Source of the DNA: Candidatus Solibacter usitatus
GTDB taxonomy: Bacteria; Acidobacteriota; Terriglobia; Bryobacterales; Bryobacteraceae
DNA: 64,000 nucleotides
NCBI GenBank assembly: GCA_016191645.1
Contig: JACPVQ010000044.1
Span: 1,371 to 65,370 of the forward strand
Reading direction: 5' to 3'
The notes under the pieces were generated by a model that searched no databases, was not told the DNA's origin, and saw only the letters and a program-made list of their open reading frames with translations. Below are positions 37,370 through 46,278 of this stretch, one piece after another. Within the stretch, counting starts at the first letter, position 1, and each line of letters opens with the position of its first letter. The position numbers and the translations under genes are program-made.

Positions 37370-38344
37370 TTAGCAATAACCGTTTGCGCGGAACCAGTCG
37401 ACGGCTCGCTGCAAAGCCCCCTCCACGGGGGCCGGCTCAAATCCCAAATCCCGCTTCGCCTTTTCAGACGAAACGAACATCTTCTTTCGCGCCATGCGCA
37501 CGCCTTCCAGCGGCACGCGCGGCTCGCTCCCTGTCAGGGATGCCCAACCGGTACTGCAGACTCCGGCCGCGTAGGCCACCGCATACGGAATCCTGACCTG
37601 AGGCGCGGGTATTCCGCTGATTTGCCCCAGACCTTCCAGGATCTCTCGTAAGGTCATGTTGCGGCAACCTAAAATATAGCGCTCCCCAGGCTTTCCCCGT
37701 TCCGCCGCCAGCAAGTGACCCTTTGCCGTATCCCGCACGTCCACCAGATTCAGTCCCGTATCGACGTAGGCGGGCATCTGCCGTTTGAGAAAATCGACAA
37801 TGATCTTCCCCGTCGGCGTCGGCTTGAAATCGTGATCGCCCACAGGGGCGGTAGGATTCACAATGACCACCGGAAAGCCGTCCCGCGCGAATTCGAGGGC
37901 GGTCCGTTCCGCCTGGAACTTCGATCGCTTGTAGTGGCCGCTCATCTGCTGAATGGTCACCGGCATTGATTCGTCTCCGATTCCACCATCCGGGATGCCG
38001 ATGCATCCCACCGTGCTGGTATAGACGAACCGTTCCACTCCGGCCTGGCGGGCGGCCTGTAGGATATTGCGCGTGCCACCGGCGTTGGAGTCGTAAAGGT
38101 CCTGTGGATTCTTCGACCACAAGCGGTAATCGGCGGCGACATGATAGACGGTGCCACAACCGGCGACGGCATGTTGGAGCGAAGAGGGGTCACGCAGATC
38201 TCCGCAAACGGTTTCGGCCTCGAGTTCGCGCAGACGGCTGGACGCGCGCACCAGACAGCGTACGCGCTCTCCGCGCTCCACGAGTTGTCTTGCCACATGC
38301 CAGCCAATAAATCCTGTCGCTCCTGTAATCAGTACCGGCTTCAC
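37370..38344 (-). CDS. hpnA: Hopanoid-associated NAD-dependent sugar epimerase/dehydratase HpnA
   Basis: VLITGATGFIGWHV Rossmann motif. VAADYRLW and YKRSK (YxxxK) are present. It lies directly downstream of shc. Confidence 0.85.
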   Translation of the reverse strand: MKPVLITGATGFIGWHVARQLVERGERVRCLVRASSRLRELEAETVCGDLRDPSSLQHAVAGCGTVYHVAADYRLWSKNPQDLYDSNAGGTRNILQAARQAGVERFVYTSTVGCIGIPDGGIGDESMPVTIQQMSGHYKRSKFQAERTALEFARDGFPVVIVNPTAPVGDHDFKPTPTGKIIVDFLKRQMPAYVDTGLNLVDVRDTAKGHLLAAERGKPGERYILGCRNMTLREILEGLGQISGIPAPQVRIPYAVAYAAGVCSTGWASLTGSEPRVPLEGVRMARKKMFVSSEKAKRDLGFEPAPVEGALQRAVDWFRANGYC

Positions 38345-38347
38345 TTT

Positions 38348-40270
38348 TCAGGCGTATTTCTCATTCAGAAATGCCGAAAGCGCAAGCGCGGGAAACGAAT
38401 TTCGATATAAGTGATACGTCAAATAAAAGACGCGCGGGAATCCGGTCCCCGTTGCCAGCGTCTCATCCCAAGTCCCGTCGCTCTTCTGGGTTTCGATCAA
38501 ATACTCGATGCCATCGCGGACGCTTTCGCTGATCTGATCGCCGCTGGCCAGCAAGCCTAGCACGGCCCAGGCGGTTTGCGAAGGCGTGCTGGGAGCCGCA
38601 ACAAACGAATTGCGGTCATAGCTTTCGCAGCTTTCTCCCCATCCGCCGTCGGCGTTCTGGATGGCCCGCAGCCATTCTCCGGCGCGCAGGATATGCGCCT
38701 CGCGGTCGCTTTCCCCGGCGGCTCGCAATCCTCTTAACGCAAGAAAAGTTCCATAGATGTAATCCACGCCCCAGCGGCCATACCAACTGCTATCCGCCCC
38801 CTGCGTCTTGCGTAGGAACGCCGCGCCGCGCTGGATGGCGGGGTGCGAAGGCGGAGTTCCATGCGCCACCAGCGCTTCCATCACCCGCCCGGTAATGTCG
38901 GGGCAGGTGGGATCGAGCATGGCGTTATGGTCGGCGAAGGGAACGTCGGCCAGGAATCCCCAATTGTTATCCACGTCGAAGGCTGCCCATCCGCCGTCTT
39001 TGGATTGCATGGCCAACAGCCAGTTCACGGCGCGGTCGATGGCTTTCTGCTGGTCCGGAATACTGCTCGCGCGCGCATGGCGCATGGCAAGCAAAACCAT
39101 GGCCGTATCGTCGATGTCGGGATAAAACTCGTTGGCGTGTTCGAAATACCAGCCGGATGGTTCCACGCCGGGCCGTTTCACGCACCAATCGCCGGGGCGG
39201 CGGATCTCTTTCCGGAGCAGCCAGTCCGCCGTAGATTGGAGCGCATCGGGCGGCGCCATGTTCGATTCGCCCACCGAAAATGCCGCAATGGCGGTGTCCC
39301 AAACCACGGAGAAACAAGGTTGGAAGAAGAAGCCGGCATCGCCGCCGCGTTCCGTCATCAGGCGGTCGAATTGGCGTTGCGCCTCCAGGTGATCGGCATG
39401 ATCGCGGGGAACACCCATCACATCCAGCGCCATGATGAGGTACATCATCGGAGGATAGATGGCAGCGAGGCCGTCGGAGTGGCGCGTATGCTCCAGAGAC
39501 CAATCGAGAGCCTTTCGCATCGCCATGCGGCGCACACCCTTCGGGCCGTGTTTTTCCCACAGTTTCAGCAATCCATCGACGCGCAGGAAGAAGTTCTTCC
39601 AGGAAAAAAAGCCCTTATCGTTGGGGAAGGCGAAGCTGACGCCCGCGGCGTGTAATTCATCAATGTGGAAACCCTCAGGCACGGGTTTCATGGGACGCGA
39701 CGCGTGCACAATGGACAGCGGAATGACAATGGCGCGCGTCCAGGAAGACATTTCGTAGATCAGCTTACCGGCCAACATCACCTCGGGTGGCACCGATGGC
39801 ACGTGCTCCCGCGGGTAGAGGCCGAACAGACTCAGGTTGATCTTGACGTAGCTGTTGGCGCGCTGCAACCCGCCCATCGCCAGAATGCGGTCGCGCAGCC
39901 GGACCATGCGCGCGTCGCCGCAATCGACGCCCGCGAGTTTCAGCGAAAAGTAAGCCTTCACGCTGGCGCTGATCTCCGATGGACCCTGTTGATAGATATT
40001 GAAGCCCCCATCGGGGAGTTGGCGCGCCAGAATCGACCGCACTGCTTTGTCGATCAAGGGCCGGGTGGGTGGATTCCAGGTTTTCCCCTCTGGCGGGTGC
40101 ATCCAAAGCTGCAAAAGGATAAAGTCGGATTCCAGAGTGCTGTCGGCAGTGAGGTCGGCGCACCAAAAACCTTCCTGCGAACGCATCTTGAGCAAGGCCT
40201 CCACTGCTCGCCGCGCCGATTGTTCGGCGTGCACCAGCAACCCATCGGAAATTTGGAGCCCGGGCATCAT
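38348..40270 (-). CDS. shc: Squalene-hopene cyclase
   Basis: 640 aa. DxDD protonation motif (PDIDDTAMV). Multiple QW repeats (QNADGGWGE, QSKDGGWAAF, QKSDGTWDE). Confidence 0.95.
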   Translation of the reverse strand: MMPGLQISDGLLVHAEQSARRAVEALLKMRSQEGFWCADLTADSTLESDFILLQLWMHPPEGKTWNPPTRPLIDKAVRSILARQLPDGGFNIYQQGPSEISASVKAYFSLKLAGVDCGDARMVRLRDRILAMGGLQRANSYVKINLSLFGLYPREHVPSVPPEVMLAGKLIYEMSSWTRAIVIPLSIVHASRPMKPVPEGFHIDELHAAGVSFAFPNDKGFFSWKNFFLRVDGLLKLWEKHGPKGVRRMAMRKALDWSLEHTRHSDGLAAIYPPMMYLIMALDVMGVPRDHADHLEAQRQFDRLMTERGGDAGFFFQPCFSVVWDTAIAAFSVGESNMAPPDALQSTADWLLRKEIRRPGDWCVKRPGVEPSGWYFEHANEFYPDIDDTAMVLLAMRHARASSIPDQQKAIDRAVNWLLAMQSKDGGWAAFDVDNNWGFLADVPFADHNAMLDPTCPDITGRVMEALVAHGTPPSHPAIQRGAAFLRKTQGADSSWYGRWGVDYIYGTFLALRGLRAAGESDREAHILRAGEWLRAIQNADGGWGESCESYDRNSFVAAPSTPSQTAWAVLGLLASGDQISESVRDGIEYLIETQKSDGTWDETLATGTGFPRVFYLTYHLYRNSFPALALSAFLNEKYA

Positions 40271-41262
40271 AATGTGATGGAAGTGAGACGCGACGCGTGC
40301 GGAACCAGTTCCGCCGGCAGCGAAAACCGCACGTCCTCTTCCTTAATCTCCACTTGTTCCACGCTTCCAAAGCCGTGATCGGATTGCAGAGAAGCAATCA
40401 AATCCTGCACCAGGTGTTCGGGGGCCGAAGCGCCCGCCGTTACGGCAATCGTCTGAACGCCCATCAGCCATTCGGATTTCACTTCGCCGGCGTCATCCAC
40501 CAGATAAGACCGGACGCCCGCCAATTCACAGACCTCCACCAAACGCCGTGAGTTCGAACTGTTGCGCGAACCAACCACCAGCAACGCCTGGCATTGCGGG
40601 GCAATCGCCTTCACCGCCAGTTGCCGATTTTCGGTGGCATAGCAGATATCCTGAGCCGGCGGTCCCTCGATCAAGGGAAAGCGCTGCTTGAGGCGGGCGA
40701 TGATCCCCGTCGTCTCGTCCAGGCTGAGCGTCGTCTGGGTAAGATAGACCACGCGCGAGGGGTCCGGCAATTGGAGGATGTCGACGTCCGCTTCGGTCTC
40801 CACAAGAATGGAAACGGTAGGCTCTTCGCCCAGCGTCCCGATGACCTCGTCATGGTCCTTATGGCCGATCAGAACAATGGTGTAGCCGCGCTGGGCGTAC
40901 CGTTTGGCCTCCAAATGGACCTTGGTGACCAGAGGGCATGTTGCGTCGATCACCGCCAATCTGCGGGCCACGGCCTCCTGCCGCACCGCCGGAGATACTC
41001 CATGGGCGCTGAAAATGACTCGCGCCCCTTCCGGCACTTCGGAAAGCTCTTCCACAAAGATCGCTCCAGCCCCGCGCAATTCCTCTACCACGTGGCGGTT
41101 GTGGACTATCTCTTTGCGCACGTAAATGGGCGATCCGAAGACATCCAAGGCGATCTTGACCACATCGATTGCCCGCACCACGCCGGCACAAAAGCCGCGT
41201 GGCGTAAGCAATAGGATATTTCTACCAGTGTCACCCACACTGGTCGTGCGGTAAGAAGACAT
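40267..41262 (-). CDS. ispH: 4-hydroxy-3-methylbut-2-enyl diphosphate reductase
   Basis: LLLTPRGFCAGVVRAIDVV, with conserved Cys and His motifs (FSAHGVSP, DATCPLVTKVH, NSSNSRRL). The stop overlaps the shc start by 4 nt. Confidence 0.93.
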   Translation of the reverse strand: MSSYRTTSVGDTGRNILLLTPRGFCAGVVRAIDVVKIALDVFGSPIYVRKEIVHNRHVVEELRGAGAIFVEELSEVPEGARVIFSAHGVSPAVRQEAVARRLAVIDATCPLVTKVHLEAKRYAQRGYTIVLIGHKDHDEVIGTLGEEPTVSILVETEADVDILQLPDPSRVVYLTQTTLSLDETTGIIARLKQRFPLIEGPPAQDICYATENRQLAVKAIAPQCQALLVVGSRNSSNSRRLVEVCELAGVRSYLVDDAGEVKSEWLMGVQTIAVTAGASAPEHLVQDLIASLQSDHGFGSVEQVEIKEEDVRFSLPAELVPHASRLTSITL

Positions 41263-41400
41263 AACGTCTTTTGATTATAGCAGCAGGGTCGCCGCTTTTT
41301 GGCCAATCTGACGCTCACCTGGAGTCACCCTATAAAGGTCCTAGGGCCCTTCGCCGATAAGTGGGTGTAGTTTATTTTTCGATAAGGACGGAGTCTGACC

Positions 41401-43980
41401 GTGTTCTGGGCCTTGACAATAGCACTGGGTGTGATCTTCGCAGCCGTGCTGTACAAGTTCGCGGTACCCCCAAAAAAGAGTGAGCCTGAGGAGGAGAAGG
41501 CGGAAGACAGCGCCATTCCCGCCGGCGCGCTGTTCGAGGATGCGCCCCTCGGCTATCAGTTGGTGGACAAGGTCGGAACCATCCTCAAAGTAAACCGGAA
41601 GGAATTGTCGGCCCGGCAAATGCTCCTTTCGGACATGATTGGCCGGCCCTGTTGGGATTTTGTCCCGCAGGAGGACCAGCAACGGGTGCGGGAAGAAATC
41701 CTCAGAAAACTCGCCGGGCAAATAGAGCTGGTCCCCACCCGGCGAAGGCAATTGGGTCCCCGCGGATCGGTCATTACAGCGGAGGTAACGGAAACCATTC
41801 TCCGCGGCAAGAACGGAAAGCTGCTGGGGATGTTGATCGCCTCCGTGGACATCACGGAGCGGCAGAGAGACCAGGAAAGCGTGTTCCGTGCCACGACGGA
41901 ATTGAACGCCCTTTTCCAGGCGATGCCTGACTTGCTCATGCGCATCGATTCGTTTGGGCGCGTGTTGGACGCCAAGGCCGGTCAACTCGCGGAGTCCTAC
42001 GAGAAGCCCGAACAGCTGATTGGAAAGATCTTTCAGGAGACAGTGTCCGCTGAGGAAGGGCTCAAGATCTTCCAGGCGATTCAGCGCGTGAAGAAAATCC
42101 ACGCCATGGTCATGATTGAGCTGCACATGACCGTCAAGGACTCGCAGGAAATCTACGAAGCGCGTTTCTGTCCCAATTACCGCGAAGAGATGATCGTCAT
42201 CATCCGGCGCATCACGGAACGACGGATGTCGGAAGAGAAGTTGCACCAATACGCGCAGGAACTGGAAGCGAAGAACGAAGAGCTGGGCAGCGCACTGTTG
42301 AATGCCCGCGAAGCGACGGAGATGAAGAGCCGCTTCCTGGCCAACATGAGCCACGAGATCCGCACTCCTATGAACGGAATCCTCGGCATGGTCGATTTCC
42401 TGCTGGGCACTCCGCTCACCAATGAGCAGCGTGAATACGCCGTTGCGGTGAAGCAATCCGGCGACGCCCTGCTCACCCTGATCAACGACATTCTCGACAT
42501 CTCCAAGATCGAGGCCGGTAAGCTGCGGCTGGAAAGAATTCCGTTTGATCTGGCAATGACCGTGGAGGAGATTTCCTCAATCTGCGCCATCCGCGCCCGC
42601 GCCAAGGGCTTGGTTTTTACCAGCACGGCGACGGAAAACACTCCATCCTATGTGGTGGGCGACCCCGGGCGTCTGCGCCAGGTCTTGAACAACCTGATCG
42701 GGAACGCCATCAAGTTCACGGAGAAAGGCAAAGTCAGCGTATACACCGAAGTGGTGAGCGAAAACGAGACCACGGCGACGCTGCGCTTTATCGTGCAGGA
42801 CACGGGAATCGGCATTTCGCCGGAGGGTAAGGAAAAACTGTTTCACAGTTTCGTGCAGGGCGACAACTCCACGACGCGAAAATACGGCGGAACGGGGTTG
42901 GGGCTTGCCATCAGCAAACAGTTGGTGGAAATGATGGGGGGAGAGATCGGGTTCACCAGCGAAAAGAATCGCGGCAGCTCGTTCTTCTTCACCGTCGTGT
43001 TTGAGCGCGCCCCGGCCGTGGTGGCCTTTGAGGACGATACGACGCCCGAGATCCGCGCCGCCAAAGCGTTGGAGGGTACGCGCGTCCTTCTTCTCACTTC
43101 GCACACCAATGCTTCTTCCTCCATGAAGCAGTTCCTGGACGGCTGGCAATGCAGCACGCAGCACGTCGACGATGCGTCGGAGCTGAGCACCGCGCTGCGC
43201 AAGGCCGTGAACCGCGCCACGCCGTTCCGGCTCGCTTTAATCGATCTCGATTTGCATGGCGTCAACGCCACTGCCATCGCTACGTCGTTGAAGTACGATT
43301 TATTGCTGCGCGACACCATTCTCATTGGAATGACCGCCGTGCCCATCCGCGGCGACGGTCTTCAATTGCGGGAAGCCGGATTTGCCGGCTACATGAACAA
43401 GCCGATCCGAGCCTCGCAGTTGTATCACACCATGGTGGCCGCCGTTCGCGGCAAAGAAAAAGCTCCGCTCGAGGAGGCCGCTCCCATGGTCACCCGCCAC
43501 ACCCTGGCGGAGACCCAAAAGAGTGCCGAAGCGGGTAAACCGTCCATTCTGTTGGCGGAAGACAACGTCATCAATCAACGCATCGCCATCCGCCTGTTGC
43601 AGAAACTCGGTCTCACGGCGGAAGTGGTGAACAACGGCCGTGAAGCGGTAGGCGCATTGGAACGCGCGGCCTACGATCTGGTCTTGATGGATTGCCAGAT
43701 GCCCGAATTGGACGGCTTTGAGGCGACTGCCGAAATTCGCCGCCGCGAACAAGTCGAAGGCAAGAACAAGCACACCCTCATCTGCGCGCTGACAGCGAAC
43801 GCCATGGTCGGCGATCGTGAGAAATGCATCGATTCCGGCATGGACGATTACATCAGCAAACCTGTGGCCCTAACCGATCTTCAGGCCGCCATTCAGCGGC
43901 TGCTGTATAAAGATGGAGTTCCCTTGGAACAGGACGCTGCTCCTGCCTCGCCATCTCCGGATGCCGCATTGACGGCATAG
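41401..43980 (+). CDS. Hybrid sensor histidine kinase/response regulator with PAS domains
   Basis: N-terminal TM, two PAS-like regions, H-box [16 protein letters not shown], ATPase G-boxes (DTGIGI, GGTGLGL), and two receiver domains (the second contains [13 protein letters not shown]). Confidence 0.9.
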   Translation: MFWALTIALGVIFAAVLYKFAVPPKKSEPEEEKAEDSAIPAGALFEDAPLGYQLVDKVGTILKVNRKELSARQMLLSDMIGRPCWDFVPQEDQQRVREEILRKLAGQIELVPTRRRQLGPRGSVITAEVTETILRGKNGKLLGMLIASVDITERQRDQESVFRATTELNALFQAMPDLLMRIDSFGRVLDAKAGQLAESYEKPEQLIGKIFQETVSAEEGLKIFQAIQRVKKIHAMVMIELHMTVKDSQEIYEARFCPNYREEMIVIIRRITERRMSEEKLHQYAQELEAKNEELGSALLNAREATEMKSRFLANMSHEIRTPMNGILGMVDFLLGTPLTNEQREYAVAVKQSGDALLTLINDILDISKIEAGKLRLERIPFDLAMTVEEISSICAIRARAKGLVFTSTATENTPSYVVGDPGRLRQVLNNLIGNAIKFTEKGKVSVYTEVVSENETTATLRFIVQDTGIGISPEGKEKLFHSFVQGDNSTTRKYGGTGLGLAISKQLVEMMGGEIGFTSEKNRGSSFFFTVVFERAPAVVAFEDDTTPEIRAAKALEGTRVLLLTSHTNASSSMKQFLDGWQCSTQHVDDASELSTALRKAVNRATPFRLALIDLDLHGVNATAIATSLKYDLLLRDTILIGMTAVPIRGDGLQLREAGFAGYMNKPIRASQLYHTMVAAVRGKEKAPLEEAAPMVTRHTLAETQKSAEAGKPSILLAEDNVINQRIAIRLLQKLGLTAEVVNNGREAVGALERAAYDLVLMDCQMPELDGFEATAEIRRREQVEGKNKHTLICALTANAMVGDREKCIDSGMDDYISKPVALTDLQAAIQRLLYKDGVPLEQDAAPASPSPDAALTA

Positions 43981-44015
43981 GCTTCACGCGCCGTACCTCA
44001 TGCGACAATGTTGGC

Positions 44016-45488
44016 TTGACCGGACGTCTTTTCCTCAAGTTGATTCTCGCCATCGTGGCCATTCTTGTGGTCGCTCTGGCTTCTGTGGATCACTTTGCCA
44101 GCAACGTTGCCGAGTCCACTTACATCTCCACGCTGACACGCGAACTGAGCCAGACCGCTCGTGTTCTCTCCGTTGTTCTCGATGAACATCCGGAGGACGC
44201 CTCGGAAATCACATTTCGCTCCTTCGCTCAGGCGTTGAATGCGCGCATCACTCTCATCGCCAAAGACGGCCGGGTTCTGCGCGATTCCGAGGCCGACGCG
44301 GCCAAAATGGAGAATCATGCCCAACGGCCGGAAGTTCTAGCGGCCTTGCAAGGGCGGGAATCTTCCATGATCCGCCCCAGTTCCACGCTGGGGACGCCGT
44401 TCCTATACATGGCCATTCCCGCGCGTTATGGCGTGTTGCGAATTGCCGTGCCCCTTTCCAGCGTCCGCTCCGGCGTCAACTCGGTGCGCGCCCAAATGTT
44501 GACCGCCGTCGCTATTGCCTTCCTGCCCGCGGTGCTTCTGGCCGCTTTCATTGCGCGCTATGTCTCCCGCCGCCTGGCGTCGATTATCGAATACTCGGGC
44601 AAGCTGGCCTCGGGACAATTCGGCGAACGCCTTCCTGTCCGAAACGATGAGTTGGGTGTTCTCGAGCGAAAGCTGGGTGAGACCGCGCTCAAATTACAGA
44701 ACGCCTCCGAGCAGATTCAGCGCGAACACCAGGAGTTGGAAAAGCTGGAACGGGTCCGCAAAGATTTCGTGATCAACGTTTCGCATGAACTTCGGACGCC
44801 GCTGGCGTCCATTCAGGGTTACACCGAAACATTACTGGACGGGGCGGTCCATGAACCGGAGAACAACATCAAGTTCCTCTCCATCATCCGCGCCAACGCC
44901 GAACGTCTGGGACGCCTCACGTCGGATCTTCTGACTTTGTCTCGTATTGAATTGAAGAGCCAGGCCTTCCAATTCAGTTCCTTCTACGCGAACGTCCTGG
45001 TGCAGCAGTGTCTCGACTCCATCCGGCAGCTCGCCGAGAAGAAGCAGGTCGTCCTTGTGTTGGAATCCGCGCCGCCAACCACGGAGCTCTATTGCGATGC
45101 CGAGGCCGTGCATCAGATCCTCAGCAATCTGATCGACAATGCGATTAAGTACACCCCTGCCGGCGGCCAGATCACGGTTGGAATTATTCCCGCCTCCAAG
45201 CCTGGCTTGCAACAGATTTTCGTGCGCGACACCGGGATCGGAATTCCGGAAGAAGATGTCGGCCGGCTCTTCGAGCGGTTCTACCGCGTGGACAAGGCGC
45301 GCTCGCGCGACTTGGGTGGTACTGGCCTGGGATTGGCGATTGTCAAACATCTTGCACTTTCCATGGGGGGTGAGGCCGGGGTCAGCAGCGTCCAGGGAAA
45401 AGGCTCCACGTTCTGGTTCACCTTGCCGGAGGAAGGTTCCGATCTGCCGGAATCGCCCCCGGTTCAACGGCAGTTAACCGTAGCGTAA
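44016..45488 (+). CDS. PhoR-like sensor histidine kinase
   Basis: TM-periplasmic-TM-HAMP layout. H-box DFVINVSHELRTPLASIQGYTETL. N, G1 and G2 boxes ([26 protein letters not shown]). Confidence 0.85.
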   Translation: MTGRLFLKLILAIVAILVVALASVDHFASNVAESTYISTLTRELSQTARVLSVVLDEHPEDASEITFRSFAQALNARITLIAKDGRVLRDSEADAAKMENHAQRPEVLAALQGRESSMIRPSSTLGTPFLYMAIPARYGVLRIAVPLSSVRSGVNSVRAQMLTAVAIAFLPAVLLAAFIARYVSRRLASIIEYSGKLASGQFGERLPVRNDELGVLERKLGETALKLQNASEQIQREHQELEKLERVRKDFVINVSHELRTPLASIQGYTETLLDGAVHEPENNIKFLSIIRANAERLGRLTSDLLTLSRIELKSQAFQFSSFYANVLVQQCLDSIRQLAEKKQVVLVLESAPPTTELYCDAEAVHQILSNLIDNAIKYTPAGGQITVGIIPASKPGLQQIFVRDTGIGIPEEDVGRLFERFYRVDKARSRDLGGTGLGLAIVKHLALSMGGEAGVSSVQGKGSTFWFTLPEEGSDLPESPPVQRQLTVA

Positions 45489-45531
45489 TGGATTTGTAAC
45501 ATGAATCTGGCATAGTGCAGCTTGGTAGTCC

Positions 45532-46233
45532 ATGAAGAAAATCGCCCTCATTGAAGACGACGCGGATCTCTTCGCTCTTCTCAAATACAATCTCGAAAAA
45601 GAAGGATTCGCCCTGGTCGGGGCGCAAACGGGCAAAGGGGCTCTCGAACTTTTCCGCAGGGAGCGTCCGCATCTGATTCTGCTGGACATTATGCTTCCCG
45701 ATTCCGACGGGCTCGACATTTGCAAGGGCATTCGCGCCACGCCGGAGCTGGCCAATACACCGGTGATCTTCCTCACTGCGCGCGCGTCGGAAACCGAGCG
45801 CATCGTCGGATTGGAACTGGGCGCGAACGATTACATCGTCAAGCCCTTCTTTGTGCGCGAACTGATTGCCCGGATCAAAGTTCATTTCCGCGGACCGCGG
45901 ACTCCGTCGCGTTCCCTTGCGGCTGGGCCATTGGAGCTCGACCGCAATAGTTGCCGCGTCAAACTCAACGGCGAACTCATCGCCCTCACGGCTACCGAAT
46001 TCCGGCTGCTGGAACATCTGATGAACCGGCCCGGCGTTGTGTTCAGCCGCGAGCAACTCCTGGATGCGGTATGGGGCCAGGATCGCGCAGTCACTGACCG
46101 CACCGTGGATGTCTACATTCTCCGCCTGCGCCAGAAAATTGAACGCGATGCGGCCGGGCCCTTTATCCGGTCCGTTCGCGGCTTCGGCTACAGCTTCAAC
46201 GAAAATCTGGAAACCGCCGCAGCCTCTCAATAG
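45532..46233 (+). CDS. OmpR/PhoB-family winged-helix response regulator
   Basis: The receiver has LILLDIMLPDSDG and KPF. The C-terminal trans_reg_C region is LTATEFRLLEHLM...VDVYILRLRQKIE...IRSVRGFGY. Confidence 0.9.
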   Translation: MKKIALIEDDADLFALLKYNLEKEGFALVGAQTGKGALELFRRERPHLILLDIMLPDSDGLDICKGIRATPELANTPVIFLTARASETERIVGLELGANDYIVKPFFVRELIARIKVHFRGPRTPSRSLAAGPLELDRNSCRVKLNGELIALTATEFRLLEHLMNRPGVVFSREQLLDAVWGQDRAVTDRTVDVYILRLRQKIERDAAGPFIRSVRGFGYSFNENLETAAASQ

Positions 46234-46278
46234 CAGCCTCTCCATGGAGGTTCAAGTTGATACTCTGGTTGCTGAACC

